Origin: Mobula hypostoma
Lineage: Eukaryota
Reading direction: 5' to 3'
Assembly: GCF_963921235.1 (NCBI RefSeq)
Contig: NC_086097.1
Coordinates: 95,916,001 to 95,980,000, forward strand
DNA length: 64,000 bases
The position numbers and the translations under genes were made by a program. Shown here piece after piece: positions 59,601-64,000 of this stretch (within the stretch, counting starts at the first letter, position 1; every line of letters starts with the position of its first letter). The notes under the pieces were generated by a model. It was not told where the DNA came from. It saw only the letters and a program-made list of their open reading frames with translations, and did no database searches.

Positions 59601-61408
59601 GCACTGCAAGTTCTGCCCCCGTTTAACTTACCCAAGTGCAGTTCACACTTGCCAAAGTTAAATCCTACTTGTCATTTTCAGCCCATTTCCCAAGTTGGTC
59701 GAGAGCCCCTTGTAAAAGCAGATAACACATTTCACTCCCTACTATACCACCAAATTTGGTGAGGTCTGCAAACGTATTAACATCATCATCACCCAAATTT
59801 ATTTATTTATTTCCAATATTTTTATTGATATTATGTAAGTTGGATGAATACAAATGCAAAATTCAAAAGGATAAAATAATATGAATTACATTACATTTAA
59901 ATCACAGTAATATGATCACAGTATCCCATATTCCAAATCAATCATATAGAAAGATTGAATTATGAAATGAAATAATTGTATTTTATTAAAAAGATCTACC
60001 CCCACTATCAAAATGAGCTGGTTGGTAAAAAAAAAAGAAAAATACCTTACCATGTAATATTATAATAATAATGGCACAGATCCATACTTTAATAACAGTT
60101 CAAAGATTGTGAAAATAATTCAGAAAAGGGCCAAATTTTTAATATAGATGTCAAAACAGCAAACTACTGGTCACAGTAATCTGAAAAACAATCCTCTAAT
60201 ACTATCTACTTCTATCAAGCCAGTTTTACATCCAGTTGGTTAGCTCGGTCGGGTTTACCCGATCCAACCTTTCAGAACAACATACTACGTGAGACTTTGT
60301 TTATAGTCTTGCTGAAGTCCAAGTAACCCTAATCTACCAGAGCTAACTCAGAGTTAATACCAAGTTGACCATGTAAAATCTTTCAAATGAAGATATTTTT
60401 TTTAAAAAAAGCTTGTATTTGGATAGGCAGAGTCATGCACTTACTGATTTACCTTACTGATTCAGATGGTGGGGTGATTTTTACCTTTTATTTAATGCAA
60501 CATTCCCTTGTTTTGAAGTTGCTTCAAAACTGACTGCACTTGAAGTTTTTTGTGAAAAGTTAAATGTCCGAGGTAAATCTTTCTCCGGTGCCAGTACTGG
60601 GTTGGCATGGAAACGTTTTGCTGAAGGTTGTAAATGATCACTTTCTAGGACAGAAAAATGGAACACTGAGGTTATTAAACAAATGTAAAGCAAACCAGCA
60701 CCCCAGAAGTTGAAAATTTTCATCCAGAACTTTACACATCAAGCTGAATTAACCTGGTCATCTACCCATTGCACTCAACCCCTCCAATGATCACTGGTCT
60801 ATACAATTCCTGATCCACCAGTGTCCTGTTCAAACTCCTCTGTGGCTTATCCCTCCCTCCTCCTCCTCCTCTCCAATTGCTCCAACAACTTGGTCCAGCA
60901 TTTGAAATTCCCTGACTAAAAGACTTCACCGGAGCCATTGTCCACTAACTACATAATTAATTGAGCGTTCAACTACCTTTTGCCCCTTGGCAAAATCCTA
61001 GTGGCTTTGTTGTTTCTAGTCAATGTTTTCCAATTATGCTTCTATAATTGAACTCACCAAATAAATACAAGACACCATAAATTGTGATGCAAAGATAGGC
61101 ATACACTTAAGAACTATTAGTGAAGAGTTATTTACAGTGTGCAGCCTCAGTGTCGTACAATAATGGAAGAAGTGCATGAAATGAAGGTTTCTTTGAGACA
61201 GAATGAAGTAAATTGATTCCTGGGCAGAAATGGATCTTACACATGCAAAAATCAAATGCTTTTGAACAATTCAACCCTTAACTATATTTGCACATTATCT
61301 TGTAGCTAGATTACCTGCTTTCAGCGCCCTGCCAGTGAAAGCCTGCAGCTGAGACAGGGCAGTACGTGTCTCTTTTGGTCGGTAAACAGGTAATTTAGAT
61401 CTCCGCAT
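50534..61408 (-). CDS. KNSTRN: Small kinetochore-associated protein (SKAP / kinastrin)-like, complete CDS, 8 coding exons, 264 aa
   Basis: Exons 61408-61315, 60644-60485, 57776-57729, 56895-56796, 54886-54772, 53638-53577, 52165-52091 and 50674-50534 join in frame (795 nt), all GT-AG. EAELRDQNQLLE, NCAVILENNLIDP and MALVENLQREL resemble human SKAP EEELKDKNQLLE, NCLAILESKGLDP and MLLLETLQEEL (from memory). In-frame TGA upstream of the ATG. Confidence 0.88.
52091..52165 (-). CDS. KNSTRN: KNSTRN exon: ALVENLQRELENWGRNKMEKRDGFQ
   Basis: TTGCTTCAG / GTAAGT; 75 nt. Confidence 0.88.
53577..53638 (-). CDS. KNSTRN: KNSTRN exon: (V)SANKIIEDNEQTSACRRDTM
   Basis: CTCTCAG acceptor (alternative in-frame AG gives start 53632); donor GTAAGA. 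Confidence 0.82.
54569..54689 (-). mobile_element. Mini Penelope-like terminal-repeat insertion forming a 40-bp hairpin, 14-bp TSD
   Basis: TSD GGGGAAATAAGACT at 54555-54568 and 54690-54703; inverted repeat 54606-54690. Confidence 0.8.
54772..54886 (-). CDS. KNSTRN: KNSTRN exon: DQVHDYMIKNGNLQSENEALSKRVQNCAVILENNLIDP
   Basis: TTAACAG / GTAGGA; 115 nt, phase 0-1. Confidence 0.9.
56796..56895 (-). CDS. KNSTRN: KNSTRN exon: (N)YMALKVVEAELRDQNQLLEVSQQQLKQELKLAK
   Basis: TTTTCCTCAG / GTAAGG; 100 nt, phase 2-0. Confidence 0.9.
57729..57776 (-). CDS. KNSTRN: KNSTRN exon: (R)KKMPSLSRMTRADME
   Basis: TTTATTTCCAG / GTGAGT; 48 nt, phase 2-2. Confidence 0.82.
58790..59195 (+). mobile_element. Penelope-like element 3' end with decayed hammerhead motif (59055-59091)
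   Basis: ORF-end remnant, pyrimidine-rich spacer, CAGTCCTGAAAAGGGTCTCAGCCCAAAACATTGACT, GATGCTGCCTGACCTGCTGAG..CCAGCATCTGCAG. Confidence 0.75.
59801..60130 (-). mobile_element. Short 5'-truncated L1 insertion with 8-bp TSD, inside an old CR1 fragment
   Basis: TSD CCAAATTT at 59793-59800 and 60131-60138; ORF2 end PFLNYFHNL*; (TAAA)n tail. Confidence 0.75.
60485..60644 (-). CDS. KNSTRN: KNSTRN exon: (E)SDHLQPSAKRFHANPVLAPEKDLPRTFNFSQK...VALNK
   Basis: TTTTCTGTCCTAG / GTAAAA; 160 nt, phase 1-2. Confidence 0.85.
61315..61408 (-). CDS. KNSTRN: KNSTRN first coding exon: MRRSKLPVYRPKETRTALSQLQAFTGRALKA (exon probably 61475-61315)
   Basis: Acceptor TTTGTCTCCTAG before 61475; in-frame upstream TGA; donor GTAATC; phase 1 fits the next exon. 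Confidence 0.8.
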
Positions 61409-61539
61409 CTTTTCCGACAGATTTGCTGCGAATTTGTCCGCAAGTCAAACTTATAGTGCAAACCTTTAATAACCCCTAGGAGACAAATGAGGGCTTTAAA
61501 AAAATCATTGCAAACTAACAAATATGTACAATGGATGAT

Positions 61540-62050
61540 ATCAAGTCAAGTTTATTGTCATTTCGACCATAAGCTGCTGGTACAGTACACAGTAAAAACG
61601 AAACAACGTTCCTCCAGGACCTTGGTGCTACATGAATCAACACAAAACTACGCTAGACTATGTGAGACAGCACAAGGCTACAGTAGACTACGTAAAACAA
61701 ACATAAAAACTGCACACAGGCCTGCACAGGACTACATAAAGTGCACAAAACAGTGCAGGGCAGCACAATAATTAATAAACAAGTATTTAATTTTTAATTA
61801 TTAATTAAAAAACAACAATAAACAAGGCACAGTAGAGGACAAATTACAATATAATAATAAATGATGTAGATGTCAGTCTAGACTCTGAGTATTGAGGAGT
61901 CTGACGGCTTGGGGGAAGAAACTGTTGCACAGTCTGGTCGTGAGAGCCCGGATGCTTCGGTACCTTCTGCCAGATGGCAGGAGGGAGAAGAGTTTGTGTG
62001 AGGGGTGCATGGGGTCCTTCACAATACTGTTAGCTTTGTGGGTGCAGCAA
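61540..62050 (-). mobile_element. Rex1/Babar-type LINE 3' fragment
   Basis: CAAGTCAAGTTTATTGTC tail; - strand [31 protein letters not shown]. Confidence 0.8.
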
Positions 62051-62151
62051 ATAATATTAAATAAAGATTTAAAAAACGCAGATTCTGAAAATCTGAATTC
62101 AAAACAGAAAAGGCTGGAAGCTCAGCAAGTTACACAACTGTGGAAAGATAA

Positions 62152-62248
62152 GCAACATACATCAAAGTTGCTGGTGAACGCAGCAGGCCAAGCAGCAACT
62201 TTGATGTATGTTGCTTGAATTTCCAGCATCTGCAGAATTCCTGTTGTT
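62152..62248 (+). mobile_element. Mini Penelope-like terminal-repeat insertion with perfect 24-bp hairpin, 13-bp TSD
   Basis: TSD TGTGGAAAGATAA at 62139-62151 and 62249-62261; arms 62150-62173 and 62193-62216. Confidence 0.82.
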
Positions 62249-62379
62249 TGTGGAAAGATAAACTATTTTTGGCCAAAAACCATCTGTCAGTTCTGTTCTG
62301 CCAAAGGATCTTTGTTCCTTAATCTTATCTTTGCTTCTCTTTCCACAAAGACTTGCATGTACCTCCTTCAATCTCATTT

Positions 62380-63140
62380 GGTCCCATCAATGAGGCCTCC
62401 TCTACATCAGCAAGACCAAATGTAAACTAGGCAACCACTTTACAGATACCTATGCTCTTTCTGTAATCGCAAACCTAAGGCATTTCAATTCCACTCGGAC
62501 CTGTTGCTCTTCAGTCTTCTCCACTTTTTGGATGAGGCCAAATGCAAACAAGTAACACCCCACACACCTCACATTCTACCTGGGCAGTATACGACTCAAT
62601 GATATAAAACATTAATTTTCCAATTTCAAATAACACACAAACAGTATGTTCCTTGCTCTCTTCTGATTCACCCAGATTCTCTCTCCTCCTTTTCCACCCA
62701 ACCATTTCTAAATCCCAGTTATCCAGTTTAATTTCCCCTCCGCCCACATGGTTCTATTTGCATATCACCTACATCATAAATATTGAGTATCTTACCAAAT
62801 AAACTTTTCTTAGGCTTCGAAACGAGTACAGGGATTGATTTTAACCAACATTTCGATGGCAACCTCTGCCATCTTTATCAGGGATGATGTCTGGGCATGT
62901 CTAGTCTGATGGTCTCTACTTTATTAATCTTAGTTACTCTAATCTCTTTCCTTATCCATTTCTACTCATCATCCCTTCCTCCCCATATCTATCTGCCCTT
63001 CACCTTCTCAACTGTTAGCTGCTATCTCTTTATAAAAGCCATCTATTCTTTACAGTCTCAATCCTGATGATGCAAAGTCTTGACCAGAAACATCGACCAC
63101 CTGACCCGCTGAGATTTTCCAGCAGTTTATTTTGTAGCTA
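62380..63140 (+). mobile_element. Penelope-like element GIY-YIG/3' remnant
   Basis: GLLYISKTKCKLGNHF (GIY-YIG-like), HLTFYLGS..INFSNFK; decayed hammerhead-like repeat at 63059-63099. Confidence 0.7.
62843..62885 (-). ncRNA. Second hammerhead-like motif with long stem II (core mutated)
   Basis: - strand ATCC CTGATAA A GATGGCA GAGGT TGCCATC GAAA TGTT GGTT. Confidence 0.45.
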
Positions 63141-63149
63141 CGGAGATCA

Positions 63150-64000
63150 AACCCACACCCCACCCCACCCAGTTTTCGGCTCTCCTCGGGACGGACGCCG
63201 CAACAACGCCTTCTCCCTTCCCTCCCCTCTCCTCTCCTACCCTTCCCGGACAGACCTAACAACAGCCTCCTCCATTAACAGGCCGCACCACTGCACGACA
63301 CAACTTCAAAATTTCTCCTCAGACCTGCCGCCACAATTCAAGCACTGACCCGCCTCTACAGTGACTTCACTTCCCTTTCGACACTCGCAATGAATTCTTG
63401 AAAATCCCTACTCTTTTTCAGGCGATTTCCCCTTTTAACTATGTAATCTCCCACCCGTTTCCTTTGCTTTGAAGAAGCAAATTGAGAGGAAAAAAATCCA
63501 CAAAGATCAATTAGACACACCGACCTTCCGACAACGAACCCATAGTACGCATGCGTAATGGGACTACCGGCAACAATCCCCCAACGCAGGGCGCCGGCAA
63601 CGCTCCCAACACGCATGCGTAACCAACGGAAAGGCGGTTGAATTTAAATTCTAAATGTGAGCAGCTGCGGCTTGATTGGTGGCGGCGGCCGCCCGAGCGT
63701 TTGCTTTTGTTGTTGGGGACTGACTACGGGCACTGTTCAGGTAATGAAGGCAATAATTTTCAACGTAGTGGTTGTCATGAGTTGGTCGACCTTAGTCTAT
63801 GCTGAGGGGTGATTGCACGCGTTCTTTCCCTCTGTCACTGCCGCCCACAGAATGTCGGATCCAGCCTTATTCCAGTCAGCGCTGCTGATTGAAAACCGAA
63901 GAACTGTACCTCCAAATACATTCCTTCCTCTGATAGCTTGTCGGCGAGGAGTCCATCCTCCTCCTCCCTCCCTTTGGTGGCTGCGATCTGTGGAATTGTG
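63150..64000. promoter_or_regulatory. CpG-rich, probably bidirectional promoter (KNSTRN on -, unidentified gene on +)
   Basis: Sharp rise in CpG density. NRF1-like palindromes TACGCATGCGTA (63546-63557) and ACGCATGCGT (63611-63620). GGCGG..TTTAAA CDE/CHR-like (63633-63648), reverse CCAAT at 63675-63679, + strand donor CAG|GTAATG at 63740/63741. Confidence 0.75.

Noticed and set aside
61636..61745. Spaced ~30-bp repeats (ACACAAAACTACGCTAGACTA..) resembling a CRISPR-like array
   Set aside because: Degenerate tandem repeats in a LINE 3' UTR; no unique spacers, no cas genes, eukaryotic context
63356..63616. 86-aa - strand ORF as a KNSTRN N-terminal exon
   Set aside because: It ends in a stop, and the next exon has an in-frame stop before its ATG; more likely 5' UTR or promoter

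Overview
Eukaryotic, repeat-rich vertebrate DNA. The V-SINE/HE1-like SINEs, CR1, Rex1/Babar and Penelope-like repeats suggest a cartilaginous fish, probably a ray or skate (inference). Two spliced genes were reconstructed by hand from GT-AG boundaries and reading-frame continuity. The first is the last 9 coding exons of DRC7/CCDC135 on + (1..37979, about 435 aa of the C-terminal part). The second is a complete 8-coding-exon, 264-aa KNSTRN/SKAP-like gene on - (50534..61408), convergent with DRC7. A CpG-rich, probably bidirectional promoter lies at about 63150-64000, with a candidate first-exon donor of an unidentified + strand gene. The rest is layered transposon debris: a deleted Gypsy LTR element, a solo LTR, CR1, Rex1/Babar, L1, RTE, Penelope-like, Tigger, Tc1, MITEs and SINEs. 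The most notable non-obvious signals are: minimal hammerhead-ribozyme motifs of two types in Penelope-like repeats; two ~100-120 bp hairpin-forming insertions with 13-14 bp target-site duplications in KNSTRN introns; DNA elements with double-TIR hairpin ends; and KNSTRN next to DRC7. All family names come from recognising motifs by eye, not from database searches. No wholly new biological system could be established from the sequence alone.
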